A stretch of 60,732 bases of DNA, filler included, from a candidate division WOR-3 bacterium (GTDB lineage: Bacteria; SDB-A): NCBI GenBank assembly GCA_016934535.1. It is 5 parts of 5 records of this genome, joined end to end, with 100 filler letters (N's around TTAATTAATTAA, not from the genome) between each part and the next. Parts side by side here need not be neighbours in the genome. Positions count along the whole stretch, not along the records: positions 25,822 to 42,610 come from JAFGSQ010000058.1; 4 more parts are not named here. One strand, given 5' to 3'. Under the pieces are notes generated by a model. It worked only from the letters and a program-made list of their open reading frames with translations. It had not been told where the DNA came from and searched no databases. Position numbers and translations under genes: made by a program. Positions 25,938-36,002 of the stretch are shown piece by piece (within the stretch, counting starts at the first letter, position 1; every line of letters starts with the position of its first letter).

Positions 25938-28430
25938 TTAAGGTTGTTTGTGAAGAGTTTCCGTGGCGTGGAAAACCGCCTTTTTCAGATCGTCAAACCT
26001 GAATGGTTTGTAAAGTCTCGATTTGAAACCGTAAGACATGTATTCGGACAATATAGGATCGGTAGCGTAACCGCTGGAAACTATCAATATTGCTTCGGGG
26101 TCGATTGCGAGGATTTTTTCAGCGACTTCTTTTCCCCCTATGCTTCCCGGGATTGTCAGGTCGGTAATGACGACGTCGTATCCGGAATCTGATTTCATGG
26201 ATTTCTTGTATTCTTCAACGGCTTGTAATCCGTCGCTCAAACAGACTACGGTATGTCCCATTATTTTAAGCATGGATTCTATGATGTCTCTAAGAAATTC
26301 ATCGTCGTCCAGAACGAGTATTCTAAAACTCTTCATTGATACGGCTTCTTCAATTTTTCCGACGTTCTCTTTTTCGGCTTTTTCAACAATTTTTGCCGGA
26401 AGAGATATTGTGAATGTAGTTCCTTTGCCCAGGATTGAATTCAATGAGATCGAGCCTCCGTGTTTACTGATAATGGAATGTGTGATGGCCAGACCTAGAC
26501 CGTTTCCGTGCTGTTTAGTTGTGAAATATGGGTCGAAAACCTTGTCCTGGTACTTTTCAGGTATTCCTATTCCGGTGTCCTTGACGATTATTTCTATTCT
26601 TTTCCCATTGGTTGAGTCCCTGTTTCTCGCGGTTATGGATATAAGTCCGCCTGCAGGCATGGCTTGCTGGGCATTAATAATCAAATTGCTGATGACCTGG
26701 CTTATCTGGCTTTTATCCGCTTCAACCTGCCACAGGTCTTTCTGTATGTCCGGTTCAAGTTTGATATTGCTTCCCCTTAGGGAGAACGCCGCCGTTTCCA
26801 GAATGACTTCGCCGAGAGAAAGAGTCTCTTTGATCGGATCACCGCCTTTAGAAAAAGTCAACAGCTGATTTGTAAGGTTTTTTGCGTTTTCCATGGCTTG
26901 TTCGGCAATTTCCAAAAAAGCGTAAGCCTTATCTCCTTCCGGGGTAAGCATTTTTGCGATTTCAATGTTTCCGAAAAGACCCATGAGAAGGTTGTTGAAA
27001 TCGTGGGCGATTCCTCCGGCCAGTAGGCTGACGGACTCCAATTTTTGAAATTTGAGGCGTTCTTCTTCAGCCTTTTTTATTTCCGTGAGATCGAAAATTA
27101 CACCTCGTACTTTCCTTTGTTCATTCAAGCCCTTTTCAAAGCATCCGTGAAAAAGGGACGGAAAAAGCGATGAATCTTTCTTCATGGCTTTGTATTCGAC
27201 CGGTTCGATATTCTTAGTCCTGATCCGACGTGAAAAAGAATTTACCGCTTCTTCTCTCTGATCTTCGGCTACAAGGTCCAAAGCAAAAATCCCACTTTTC
27301 AGATCATCTTCATCATAACCGAATAGATCGAAGAATTTCCTGTTGGCGTATGATATCAAACCGTTTTGATCAAGCTCGACAATGGCTTCCGGAAGCATTT
27401 CGGTTATTTCCCTGAATCTTTCTTCGCTTTCTATCAGCATTTTTTCAATCCTGCTTTTGTCCAGGAATTCGATAATTGTTTCGCATAAAAATTTGAGAAA
27501 CCTAATGTCTTCGTCACTCGGGCAGCCATCACCCGGACTTTTTTCAAAGCATGCAAATCCTTTGACAAGTCCTGACGATTCGATAGGCAGAGCCAGAAGG
27601 GAATTGTTTTTATCGAAAATTCTCAGTATATCCGGGAAAAAATCTTTGAACGAATTTTCCGAGATATCCGACGTGAAAACTTTAACGGAATTTTTTAACG
27701 ACGTGAAAAAAGGCAAGTCGCTTTTAAAAGTGAATGATTTGCCGGGACAGGATTGTTCTCCCTTCTTTTTCCGGCTCCAGCAAATCAACACTCTGGCAGT
27801 TTGGTTCGGTTCGTTCAATTCAAAAATGACAATGCTTTTCGATCCGGTGAAAACCGCAATTTTTTCGAGAACGTCTCTGACAGTCACGTCGGAATTATCG
27901 CCGATCGAACTTGCAAGTTTTGAAGTTACGTCTGAAACAAGGCTTTCAAAATCAATTCGGCGGTTGAGACGACTTTCGATTTTTTGTCTTGCTGAAATTT
28001 CGTTTTTGAGTTCTTCGATTCTTATGCCCAGTCGGTCTATTGTCTCGTTATAGTTGAGCCAGGCGTTTTTAAGACTTAAATTTTCTCTCTTGATCTCTGT
28101 ATTAAGGTAAGCGTTTTCTTCGGTAAGTTTTTTTACGTGATCGATAAGTTCAAGAAAATACATGGAGATATGGTAGATGTCGTTCTTGTAACTGGAGGGA
28201 ACGAGGAAATGCCAAAGCAAGGGGTATATAGGATAAGCGGCAAACCTGTCGTTCAACGTTATGACAATTCCGCAAATCCGTTGAGTCAATTCCCCGTATT
28301 TCCCAAAGAATGATTCGAGCGAGTCGGCGTACACAGCCACTTGTTGCCCCAGTAAATCTCTTTTTGTCAACTCTCTGATTTCGAATTGTTGTGGCGGAGA
28401 AGAAGAAATACTGGCGAAGATTTTTTTCAA
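25938..28430 (-). CDS. hybrid sensor histidine kinase (GAF-PAS-HisKA-HATPase-REC)
   Basis: LAGGIAHDFNNLL, NLIINA, DTGIGI, FDPYFTTK, GLGL, receiver VLDDD...DLTIPG...KPF. Confidence 0.9.
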   Translation of the reverse strand: MKKIFASISSSPPQQFEIRELTKRDLLGQQVAVYADSLESFFGKYGELTQRICGIVITLNDRFAAYPIYPLLWHFLVPSSYKNDIYHISMYFLELIDHVKKLTEENAYLNTEIKRENLSLKNAWLNYNETIDRLGIRIEELKNEISARQKIESRLNRRIDFESLVSDVTSKLASSIGDNSDVTVRDVLEKIAVFTGSKSIVIFELNEPNQTARVLICWSRKKKGEQSCPGKSFTFKSDLPFFTSLKNSVKVFTSDISENSFKDFFPDILRIFDKNNSLLALPIESSGLVKGFACFEKSPGDGCPSDEDIRFLKFLCETIIEFLDKSRIEKMLIESEERFREITEMLPEAIVELDQNGLISYANRKFFDLFGYDEDDLKSGIFALDLVAEDQREEAVNSFSRRIRTKNIEPVEYKAMKKDSSLFPSLFHGCFEKGLNEQRKVRGVIFDLTEIKKAEEERLKFQKLESVSLLAGGIAHDFNNLLMGLFGNIEIAKMLTPEGDKAYAFLEIAEQAMENAKNLTNQLLTFSKGGDPIKETLSLGEVILETAAFSLRGSNIKLEPDIQKDLWQVEADKSQISQVISNLIINAQQAMPAGGLISITARNRDSTNGKRIEIIVKDTGIGIPEKYQDKVFDPYFTTKQHGNGLGLAITHSIISKHGGSISLNSILGKGTTFTISLPAKIVEKAEKENVGKIEEAVSMKSFRILVLDDDEFLRDIIESMLKIMGHTVVCLSDGLQAVEEYKKSMKSDSGYDVVITDLTIPGSIGGKEVAEKILAIDPEAILIVSSGYATDPILSEYMSYGFKSRLYKPFRFDDLKKAVFHATETLHKQP

Positions 28431-29593
28431 AGCTCCTTGTCTCCGAGAAGAAGAATTAAGAAGGTCATATTATGAAAAAGAGGCTTCGTGTATCCCGTTT
28501 TGTTTTTGACGCTTCCGAATTCGCCGAAGGAAGGGTATCCTGCCAAACCCTTAAGAGAAGGGCATTTTGAGGCAATTGTCTTCACTTCAATTTCAATGTC
28601 GTCGGCAAGTACTTTTTTTCGTCCCGCGCAACTTACAATAAGCGCCGCCGAAGGTTTGAAAGAAAGGTTGTTCATCGATTCCCCGATGTCTTTGATATCC
28701 TTGAGCATCATTTCAGGCGGGGCAAGACAAACCTGGACGTTGTCGCCTTCGTCAATCGCGCTGAAGAGAATTATGCTTTTGTCATCTTTTCTGTCTTTTG
28801 GCAGCATAACGGATCTTATTTTGTGACCGTGTTTTTGACCTGTTTCAGTTACTTTGAATGTGATAATTCCCTGGTCAACCACGTTCAGAGGCTTGCCTAT
28901 CTGTTTTTCCACGAAATTCATTGCCGGCATTCCGGATATTTCAGTAATTCTTGTACCTTCTGCGCACGTGACCCGGCCGATGGAACCTATGGGCTGGAGT
29001 TCGTGTGCTATTTTGATGTCGAATTCAAAATCTCCGTTTATTGCTACGGCAACAATGCTGTCGGTCAAAACTTCCCTGCCGTAGTAAAGAAAAGAGCTTG
29101 TGAATGAGTATTCATCTCCCGCGAAACCGCCGATAAGAGGTCCCCTGACGGTCTCGGATAATGCGTTTGTTATTTTTTTTGCGTCAGCTCGAAAATCTGA
29201 AGCCAGGAAATAAAGAACGGGAAACGAGAAGTTGCAGTTCCTGTTTACTTTTTCAATGCATGATTTTGTCGCTGAAAAAGGATCCGAGATCATGCCGTCA
29301 GCAGAAGCCGGATACCATTTGATTTTACCGCATGAGTTTACTGCCAGGGCTGAAACGCCGGAATTTGAAACCTTGTTTTTTTCGTAAAATCCTTCTCCTG
29401 TGTTTCCAACCAAAACCATGTCTTCTTTCCCGATGACGTCGAACATCGCTTCGGCCGTTTCAGGAGAGCCTTCATAATGAATAGTAGGGAATATAAAGAC
29501 AATTTCAGGATCTATGCGGGCAATCTTTTCGGCTATTTCAAGCCCGGCTTTGTAAGGATCGGGATTAAGGGAAAAGTGTGAAAATACTTTCAT
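28427..29593 (-). CDS. FIST N/C domain signal-transduction protein
   Basis: GGFAGD, IVSCAGR, GYPSFGEFG, FHNMT; 4-nt overlap with the kinase. Confidence 0.85.
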   Translation of the reverse strand: MKVFSHFSLNPDPYKAGLEIAEKIARIDPEIVFIFPTIHYEGSPETAEAMFDVIGKEDMVLVGNTGEGFYEKNKVSNSGVSALAVNSCGKIKWYPASADGMISDPFSATKSCIEKVNRNCNFSFPVLYFLASDFRADAKKITNALSETVRGPLIGGFAGDEYSFTSSFLYYGREVLTDSIVAVAINGDFEFDIKIAHELQPIGSIGRVTCAEGTRITEISGMPAMNFVEKQIGKPLNVVDQGIITFKVTETGQKHGHKIRSVMLPKDRKDDKSIILFSAIDEGDNVQVCLAPPEMMLKDIKDIGESMNNLSFKPSAALIVSCAGRKKVLADDIEIEVKTIASKCPSLKGLAGYPSFGEFGSVKNKTGYTKPLFHNMTFLILLLGDKEL

Positions 29594-29704
29594 AACCCTT
29601 CCTTTTTAGCACGTCAGATTTTACCTTTTTTTCATAAATACATAAAGTCCGGAATTATTTTTATTTGACCCGAAAAATGTTTTTCCTTAAAAATTAAAAT
29701 AGTT

Positions 29705-29733
29705 TGTCACACAAGAGGTAAAAATCAGTCTAA
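29705..29733 (+). promoter_or_regulatory. candidate ECF sigma promoter
   Basis: TGTCACA-N16-GTCTAA upstream of a two-gene operon ending in an ECF sigma gene. Confidence 0.45.
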
Positions 29734-29765
29734 ATATTTTAAAACGCAAACAAAAAGGAGAAATC

Positions 29766-31172
29766 GTGAAAAGATTATTTTTGGCTATGACGGTCATTCC
29801 ATCCGTGATATTAGGCGGGATAATAAACGTGCCCACTGACTATAACACCATTCAAGAAGCTATTAATGCGGCTCAGGATTTCGACACGGTATTAGTGGAA
29901 CAGGGGAGGTATTACGAAAACATAAGATTTTTCGGAAAAAAGATCAATGTAGCGAGCCGGTTTTTGACTACCGGAGACAATTCGTACATACTCAATACAA
30001 TTATAGACGGCAGCGCACCCTATCATCCTGACACCGCGAGCTGTGTGAGGTTCATAGACCACGAAGACACGAATTCAGTTCTATGCGGCTTCACTTTGAC
30101 GGGAGGAACAGGCACTGTGTGGCCTGACGTGCACTTCGGAGGTACTTTATTCAGAGAAGGAGGGGGTATATTCGTCGATTCGGCCTCTCCAGTAATAACA
30201 GGCAACTTTATTGTAAACAATCAAACGCAAGTGTCTACTGGTCTTCAAAGCGCGGGCGGAGGGGGTATCAGGATAGCCGACGCGAGCCCCAGAATAACAG
30301 GCAACATAATAATGCTTAACAATGGCAGATACGGCGCAGGCATATCTGAATTCTATTCGGGAAGTATTATAAGAAACAACTTGATAATGCTGAATGACGG
30401 AGGAGATGACTATGGAGGATCCGGTATATGGGTCTGGGGAGCGACCACAGACACAACTTTGATAGAAAATAACACTATTGTAAACAACACTTCATTTCAA
30501 AGAGGCGGGGGCGTAAGGGTTTACGCAAGTGTTGCACTGGTAAAAAACTGCATTTTATGGGGCAACGTCTCGCAAAACGGGGGTAATCCCAACATATATC
30601 TCACTTCAGGGGGAAGAGTCGTCGCCGAGTACAACTGCGTCGAAAATGGATACACAGGAACCGGTAACATCGGAAGCGATCCCTGTTTTGCCGACTCAAA
30701 CAAGCATTTGACGCCTGCTTCACCCTGCGTGGATTCAGGCGATCCAGCCTCACCGGGCGATCCTGAAGATTCACTGAATCCGGGGTACGCACTGTATCCT
30801 TCCATGGGATCTTTGAGAGCCGACATGGGAGCGTACGGTGGACCGGCAAGAATAGACTTTCCGGACATCACTTTCTTTGTCGGAATTGAAGAAAACACAG
30901 GAAAAGTGCCTGCAAATCCAAACGATGGCTTCAAAGTGTCTTTCCAGGGACAATCGCTCAGTGTTTTTTTTGAAGTGACGGAAAGAAAATTTATTTCAAT
31001 AAAGATATTCAGGATAAACGGGTCTCTGGTAGAGATTTTATGCGAAAGGGATTTCGAAGCCGGGAATTATTCATTTATTGTTGATACTGAGGAATTTCCG
31101 TCCGGTGTATATTTTTTGACTATGAACGGGGAAGAAGCGGTACAATCTAGTAAATTTGCTATAGTGAAATGA
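29766..31172 (+). CDS. secreted right-handed parallel beta-helix protein with T9SS-type-A-like C-terminal domain
   Basis: Signal peptide, INVPTDYNTIQEAI, repeated GGG-I/N-rich coils, SPCVDSG, ADMGAYGG, tail FPSGVYFL...KFAIVK. Confidence 0.75.
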   Translation: MKRLFLAMTVIPSVILGGIINVPTDYNTIQEAINAAQDFDTVLVEQGRYYENIRFFGKKINVASRFLTTGDNSYILNTIIDGSAPYHPDTASCVRFIDHEDTNSVLCGFTLTGGTGTVWPDVHFGGTLFREGGGIFVDSASPVITGNFIVNNQTQVSTGLQSAGGGGIRIADASPRITGNIIMLNNGRYGAGISEFYSGSIIRNNLIMLNDGGDDYGGSGIWVWGATTDTTLIENNTIVNNTSFQRGGGVRVYASVALVKNCILWGNVSQNGGNPNIYLTSGGRVVAEYNCVENGYTGTGNIGSDPCFADSNKHLTPASPCVDSGDPASPGDPEDSLNPGYALYPSMGSLRADMGAYGGPARIDFPDITFFVGIEENTGKVPANPNDGFKVSFQGQSLSVFFEVTERKFISIKIFRINGSLVEILCERDFEAGNYSFIVDTEEFPSGVYFLTMNGEEAVQSSKFAIVK

Positions 31173-32050
31173 CTGTTCAAAAAATGTCTGCCGGGGGAAA
31201 AAGCGATTTGAAAGAACCGGACGATTTCTTGTTGATAGACGAAGCTCTTGAAGGAAAAGCAAAATCTCTTGAAAAACTTGTAAAAAAGTATCAGAACTAC
31301 GTCTTCAATATATCTTTGAGAATGCTCGGCAGTCATGAAGACGCGAGAGACGCTTCTCAGGAAATATTTGTAAGGATCATAACTCACCTCAGGAGTTTTG
31401 AAAAAAAGAGTTCTTTTAAAACCTGGCTTTTCCGCATAATGATGAATTATCTTTTGGATGCAAAAAAAACACTGGCAGAAAATTATTTGGTCTCTTTTGA
31501 CAGATATTCCGAAGTAATCAAATCGACTCCGGATGCCAGACTTGAAGTTAATCCCGTGAAAGCAAAAATTTTGCGTGACGAGACAAGAGATCACTGCCTG
31601 ATGGGGATGATTATGTGCCTCGACAGAAGGCACAGGTTTGTATTTATTATTGGGGAACTTCTCGGTTTTGACGGAATTGAGGGCTCAGAAATAGTCCGGG
31701 TGACGCCTCAGAACTTCAGAAAAATGCTTTCGAGGGCGAGAAAAAAAATTTACGGCTTCATGAGGGACAACTGCGGCCTGTTCAGCGGTGACAATCATTG
31801 CAGATGTGAATTTAAGGCGCACGCGCTTTTAAGAAACGGACAGATAACTCCCGACAGAAAAAACTACCAGGGAACATTCGGCGATCTGAAGGGTGAATGC
31901 TCTGTAAAAGGGAAAGTGCTTGAAAAATGGTTCGAAGAAACAAGCGGTAAATTATTCGGGTGTCAGCCCGTGTACAAATCGCCTGATTTTTTTGCCGAAA
32001 TAAGGAAAATAGTGGATCAGAGAGAAGTAGATGCAATTTTTGACGGTTAG
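31169..32050 (+). CDS. ECF RNA polymerase sigma-70 factor with Cys-rich C-terminal extension
   Basis: Region 2 DARDASQEIF...FKTWLFRIMMN; region 4 NFRKMLSRARKK; extension CGLFSGDNHCRC. Confidence 0.85.
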   Translation: MTVQKMSAGGKSDLKEPDDFLLIDEALEGKAKSLEKLVKKYQNYVFNISLRMLGSHEDARDASQEIFVRIITHLRSFEKKSSFKTWLFRIMMNYLLDAKKTLAENYLVSFDRYSEVIKSTPDARLEVNPVKAKILRDETRDHCLMGMIMCLDRRHRFVFIIGELLGFDGIEGSEIVRVTPQNFRKMLSRARKKIYGFMRDNCGLFSGDNHCRCEFKAHALLRNGQITPDRKNYQGTFGDLKGECSVKGKVLEKWFEETSGKLFGCQPVYKSPDFFAEIRKIVDQREVDAIFDG

Positions 32051-33279
32051 ATTTCTGAAACTTCCATCTCCATGACGATGTATTGATCGGGTGAGTGGGG
32101 AGAGAATTTTTCTTCCGTGACGCCGAGAAATGATTTTCCGAACATTTCAAAAGCGTTGGATTTAATCTGGATAAGAGGAAGTCTGCCGGTTATCTTCCCT
32201 TTCTCTATCAGGTATGAAAGCTGAACCGGAGATCCGTAAAATCCGTCGGCGGAGAAGTCGCCTCCCATTTGCATATATGCGAAGACTGCTTTTTGATCTC
32301 CTATAATGTCTTCTAGTTTTCTGGCGGTTGTTGCGGCTCTGAAAGAAGGCGGAGAGAGGACCGGCGCGCCGTCGTAAATAAAGTTCGCGGAGCCGGTGTT
32401 TTTGAATCCGAATCTTGCTGAAGTGCGTTTGTCCGTGAAAGGTTGTTTAAAGATGCCGTTTTCGACGAGTGGATACTCGTAATCTGTGTTGACGGTGCCT
32501 TCCGAATCGAAAAATCTGCTGTAAGTCACCGCGGGATTATTTGTCTGATAAAGGGAAAAATTTTCGTGAAATATTCTCTCTCCGATTTTGGACGAAACAG
32601 ACGAAGTTTTCGTCCCGACTTTCAGGCCGCTGAGATGTTCGGAAAAAAAAGAAAATTCGGAAAGTGAACTTGTCAGCAAAACAACCGGATATTTTCCAGG
32701 CAATTTTATCGAAGTTTCTTTGAGAAAATTCGTGCACACAAGATCGGCCAGTCGGAGTATTTCGCCTTCCTGGAAAGATCTGCTGACAAAACCGACGTAA
32801 CCGTCCAGGATGTTGGATGAATTTTTTTGTTTAAAAAACAATACGCTCTGAAAAATATCGTCTGAGAAAAAAAGTCTGAGACCTGCGTCGTTTGTCATTT
32901 CGGTCGAATTCTTGGAATTCAATATCGAGTTTGAAAAAGCGAATTCAGGATGTTTTGTTTTGAGTTCGACAAGAAGAGAGTGAGTTTTTTCCAGCAGTTC
33001 TTCCCCAGTCGTTTCTTCGCCGGAGTGGTCCCATGTTTCTTCCCTGTCCGACGCAGGTTCGAAAGGGTATTCGACGGCTGTTTTTAAAGCGTCAACGGAA
33101 GCTTTTTTCAGTTCGGCGTCGTCCCGGATGCCAATGGCGCCGGCTATTCCGAGTTTGCCGTTTTCATATACCCGCATGCCCGTTTTTGTGTCTTTAACTG
33201 TTTTTACGCCGGATACGTCAGTGTTTTGTATTTTTATTGTGAAATTGTCCTGTTTTTCCGTGATCTTTTCGTAAATCAT
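32047..33279 (-). CDS. TldE/PmbA family protein
   Basis: GMRVYENGKLG, FFDSEGT, LVENGIF, GGDFS; paired with tldD; no HExxxH. Confidence 0.75.
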   Translation of the reverse strand: MIYEKITEKQDNFTIKIQNTDVSGVKTVKDTKTGMRVYENGKLGIAGAIGIRDDAELKKASVDALKTAVEYPFEPASDREETWDHSGEETTGEELLEKTHSLLVELKTKHPEFAFSNSILNSKNSTEMTNDAGLRLFFSDDIFQSVLFFKQKNSSNILDGYVGFVSRSFQEGEILRLADLVCTNFLKETSIKLPGKYPVVLLTSSLSEFSFFSEHLSGLKVGTKTSSVSSKIGERIFHENFSLYQTNNPAVTYSRFFDSEGTVNTDYEYPLVENGIFKQPFTDKRTSARFGFKNTGSANFIYDGAPVLSPPSFRAATTARKLEDIIGDQKAVFAYMQMGGDFSADGFYGSPVQLSYLIEKGKITGRLPLIQIKSNAFEMFGKSFLGVTEEKFSPHSPDQYIVMEMEVSEI

Positions 33280-33291
33280 TTTATCCTCCGT

Positions 33292-34641
33292 TCACTGAAC
33301 GTTCATTTTTGCGATTGTTGTGAATGGACCGCCGAAAGATACAGGCAGAGGATACTGGTCATTTTTGCCGCATCCCCCTCCTGTCGGCGAATAGAGAGTC
33401 AACTCGTCTGAAATATCTTCGACTTCTGACAGCGTCTCGAATACATTTCCCGTGATTACAGAGATGTTGAGCGGTTTTACCGGTTCTCCGTCTTTCAAAA
33501 GATAACTCCGGTTAGGCGCTATCGTGAATGTCGAGAGACCCGAGCCGTGCTTTACCGAGTCGACGAAAATTGCGTCGCCGGCTTTTTTGAAAAGTTCTTT
33601 TTTCGGCGTTTTTCCCGGCAAGATATAAGTGTTTGTCATCCTCACTATCGGTTCGAACATGTAGGAAACGGCTCTTGCGTTTCCGGTCGGTTCCTCATTG
33701 AGATCGGCGGCGGTTTCCGCACTGTGAAGCCTTCCCGAGAGGATTCCGTTTTTAATGAGATGTGTCTTTCGCGCGGAAGTACCTTCGTCGTCGAAAGGCG
33801 TATATCCGCCTTCAGTGAGGTTTCCGTCGTCAATAATAGAAAGCATATCGTTTCCCACTTTTTTTCCGATTTGCCATTCTTCGGCCATTTTTGTGTCGCC
33901 TAACATGAAGTCAGCCTCGCTTTTGTGCCCGAAACTCTCGTGCGCGAAAATCCCCGCCGCCAGAGGAGACAAAATGACTCTGTACGTTCCTGAAGCCACG
34001 GGAGCGGCTTTTTTGACGAAATCCGAACAATTTCCGAGAAGTTCTTCAAGTTCTCCCTGTTTGCCTCCGAGTTTGTCGAAATGAACGTTTCCGCGCGAAA
34101 AACTTTCGTTTAGTATGTTCGACCCGTCAATAAAGGTAAACCTGACGCTAAATCCGGAATTTTGAACGTCGAAGCTGAGTTCCGCCCCTTTGCTTGAATA
34201 AAAGCTTTTAACAATTCTGCGGTCCTGATAAATTCCGCTCCAATTTTTGATTTCCGGTTCCCCCTGGGCTATGTCGCAGTAACTTTGGAGAAGTTCGGCC
34301 TTTTTTTCGGTGCCAATGTCCGAAACGCTGTTTTCCTGAAAAGAAAAATAATTTCCGCGGTTCGTTTCAAACCTGCTGAAAGCTTCCGACTGCAGGCCGT
34401 TTTTTTCTTTTTTTTTCGAAACTTTTGAAAAACTTGCAAGAGAGTCTATTTCGGCCTGGATTCTTTTTATGTCGTCTATTGAGCTGTAATAACAGCTGAA
34501 ACCGTCGAAAAGCCTTATGAATGCGGCCCGGTATTGCCTTGTTTTGAATTCCTCGGTGACGGCGTTTTTTATGGTTATTTTTGTTTCGAAAACATCTTCG
34601 ATCCTTACATCAGTGTAATAGTCTTTCGGGAACTTGAACAT
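33292..34641 (-). CDS. tldD: TldD family metalloprotease
   Basis: HESFGHKSEAD, FDDEGT, TGNARA, PIVRMTNT, GCGK...VSFGGP. Confidence 0.88.
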   Translation of the reverse strand: MFKFPKDYYTDVRIEDVFETKITIKNAVTEEFKTRQYRAAFIRLFDGFSCYYSSIDDIKRIQAEIDSLASFSKVSKKKEKNGLQSEAFSRFETNRGNYFSFQENSVSDIGTEKKAELLQSYCDIAQGEPEIKNWSGIYQDRRIVKSFYSSKGAELSFDVQNSGFSVRFTFIDGSNILNESFSRGNVHFDKLGGKQGELEELLGNCSDFVKKAAPVASGTYRVILSPLAAGIFAHESFGHKSEADFMLGDTKMAEEWQIGKKVGNDMLSIIDDGNLTEGGYTPFDDEGTSARKTHLIKNGILSGRLHSAETAADLNEEPTGNARAVSYMFEPIVRMTNTYILPGKTPKKELFKKAGDAIFVDSVKHGSGLSTFTIAPNRSYLLKDGEPVKPLNISVITGNVFETLSEVEDISDELTLYSPTGGGCGKNDQYPLPVSFGGPFTTIAKMNVQ

Positions 34642-34688
34642 TAACCCTCCTCGTTTTCTGTCTTGAACCGGTTATTGTATGTTTTTTA

Positions 34689-34747
34689 TTGACTAAAATC
34701 AATGAGGGGATTAATATTGATGCGAAAGATTTGCGCGAATGATTTGC
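34689..34747 (+). promoter_or_regulatory. sigma70 promoter plus two tandem candidate Zur operators
   Basis: TTGACT-N17-TAATAT (34689-34717), then GCGAAAGATTTGC (34722-34734) and GCGAATGATTTGC (34735-34747). Confidence 0.55.
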
Positions 34748-35158
34748 ATGACTATGAAAAAGAAAATTACAAGAGATCTGATAGACATCATATTGAGGAA
34801 ATCCGAAATACCCCTGAAGGCGTCTGAAATAAGAGCCGGGTTTTCAAAAAAACCGGACCTGGCGACGGTTTACAGAAGCCTCGACAAAATGGAAAGAGAC
34901 GGTTCAGTTGGAGTTTTCACAGCAAAAGGAAGGAGCAGGCTGTATTACATTTCGGAAGAAAACGGAGGTCATTTTATTTCCTGTCAGATGTGCGAAAGAA
35001 TCGAAAAACTCGACCAGTGCGGTTTTAAGGAAATCAAAGCCCATATCGAAAAAATGAATAAGTTTAAAGTCACAGGACATATTTTATTCATCAAAGGGGT
35101 CTGCAATGAATGTATTCACGCCTTTAATTCAGAGAAAAAACGCAGTCCTCGTTCTTGA
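34739..35158 (+). CDS. Fur family transcriptional regulator (Zur-like); start may be 34748 or 34754
   Basis: LATVYRSL, HFISCQMC, GVCNEC; precedes a Zn/Mn ABC transporter. Confidence 0.8.
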   Translation: MICMTMKKKITRDLIDIILRKSEIPLKASEIRAGFSKKPDLATVYRSLDKMERDGSVGVFTAKGRSRLYYISEENGGHFISCQMCERIEKLDQCGFKEIKAHIEKMNKFKVTGHILFIKGVCNECIHAFNSEKKRSPRS

Positions 35159-36002
35159 AGCAGCCATATTTCTCTTTTTTACAGGTTGTTCCGTCAAAAC
35201 TGCAGACGTACAAAATGATATACTGGTCTGTTCGTCCGTTTATCCCATCTCTCAGATTGCCCAAAGCGTTCTTGGAGATTCGGGAGTCGCTTTCAATCTT
35301 GTCCCTCCAGGAGCTAATCCGCACGTTTTCGAACCGGCTCCTTCTGATGCGAGAAAACTCGCCGAAGCGGACATTATTTTGTGCGTATCTCCGGAATTGG
35401 ACGGCTGGATGGAAAAATTCGCCGGCAGTGAGACGAAAGTTTTGTATCTCGACAAATATTTTTCAGAAAAAAACATGGAACCCGGCGTTAATCCCCATAT
35501 ATGGCTTTCTCTCAAATATGCCCTGTTGATAGCATCCGCTGTGAGAGAAACTGTTTCCGAAATAAGACCGGACAGAAGAGATTATTACGAGGATAATTTC
35601 CGAAATTTCGAGCGCGAAATAAGCTCTCTCGACTCTTTCGCTTCCGAGAAATTCAGTGAACTCAAAGAAGTATATTTCATCCAATGGCATCCGGCGTGGA
35701 ATTATCTTGCGAATGATTACGGTTTGCCTGAACCTCTGTCCATAGAAACCGGCCACGGTGACGAACCGACTGCGGCAGAATTGAAAAAAATAACTGATTT
35801 CGCCGGGGAAAAAAGCGTCAGAGTAATTGTTGTAGAGGCGAATTCAGACATGAGACAGGCAGAAATAATTGCCGGTCAAATAAATGCAAATATCGCGGTT
35901 CTCGATCCGATTGGGGATCCCGACAATCCTGAAATAAGTACATACATTTTAAACATGAAAAAAAACATAATCACACTTGCGGAGGCTATGGAAATTGAGT
36001 GA
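35106..36002 (+). CDS. metal (Zn/Mn) ABC transporter substrate-binding lipoprotein (ZnuA-like)
   Basis: FTGC lipobox, NPHVFEP, NPHIWLS, HPAWNYL, LDPIG. Confidence 0.88.
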   Translation: MNVFTPLIQRKNAVLVLEAAIFLFFTGCSVKTADVQNDILVCSSVYPISQIAQSVLGDSGVAFNLVPPGANPHVFEPAPSDARKLAEADIILCVSPELDGWMEKFAGSETKVLYLDKYFSEKNMEPGVNPHIWLSLKYALLIASAVRETVSEIRPDRRDYYEDNFRNFEREISSLDSFASEKFSELKEVYFIQWHPAWNYLANDYGLPEPLSIETGHGDEPTAAELKKITDFAGEKSVRVIVVEANSDMRQAEIIAGQINANIAVLDPIGDPDNPEISTYILNMKKNIITLAEAMEIE

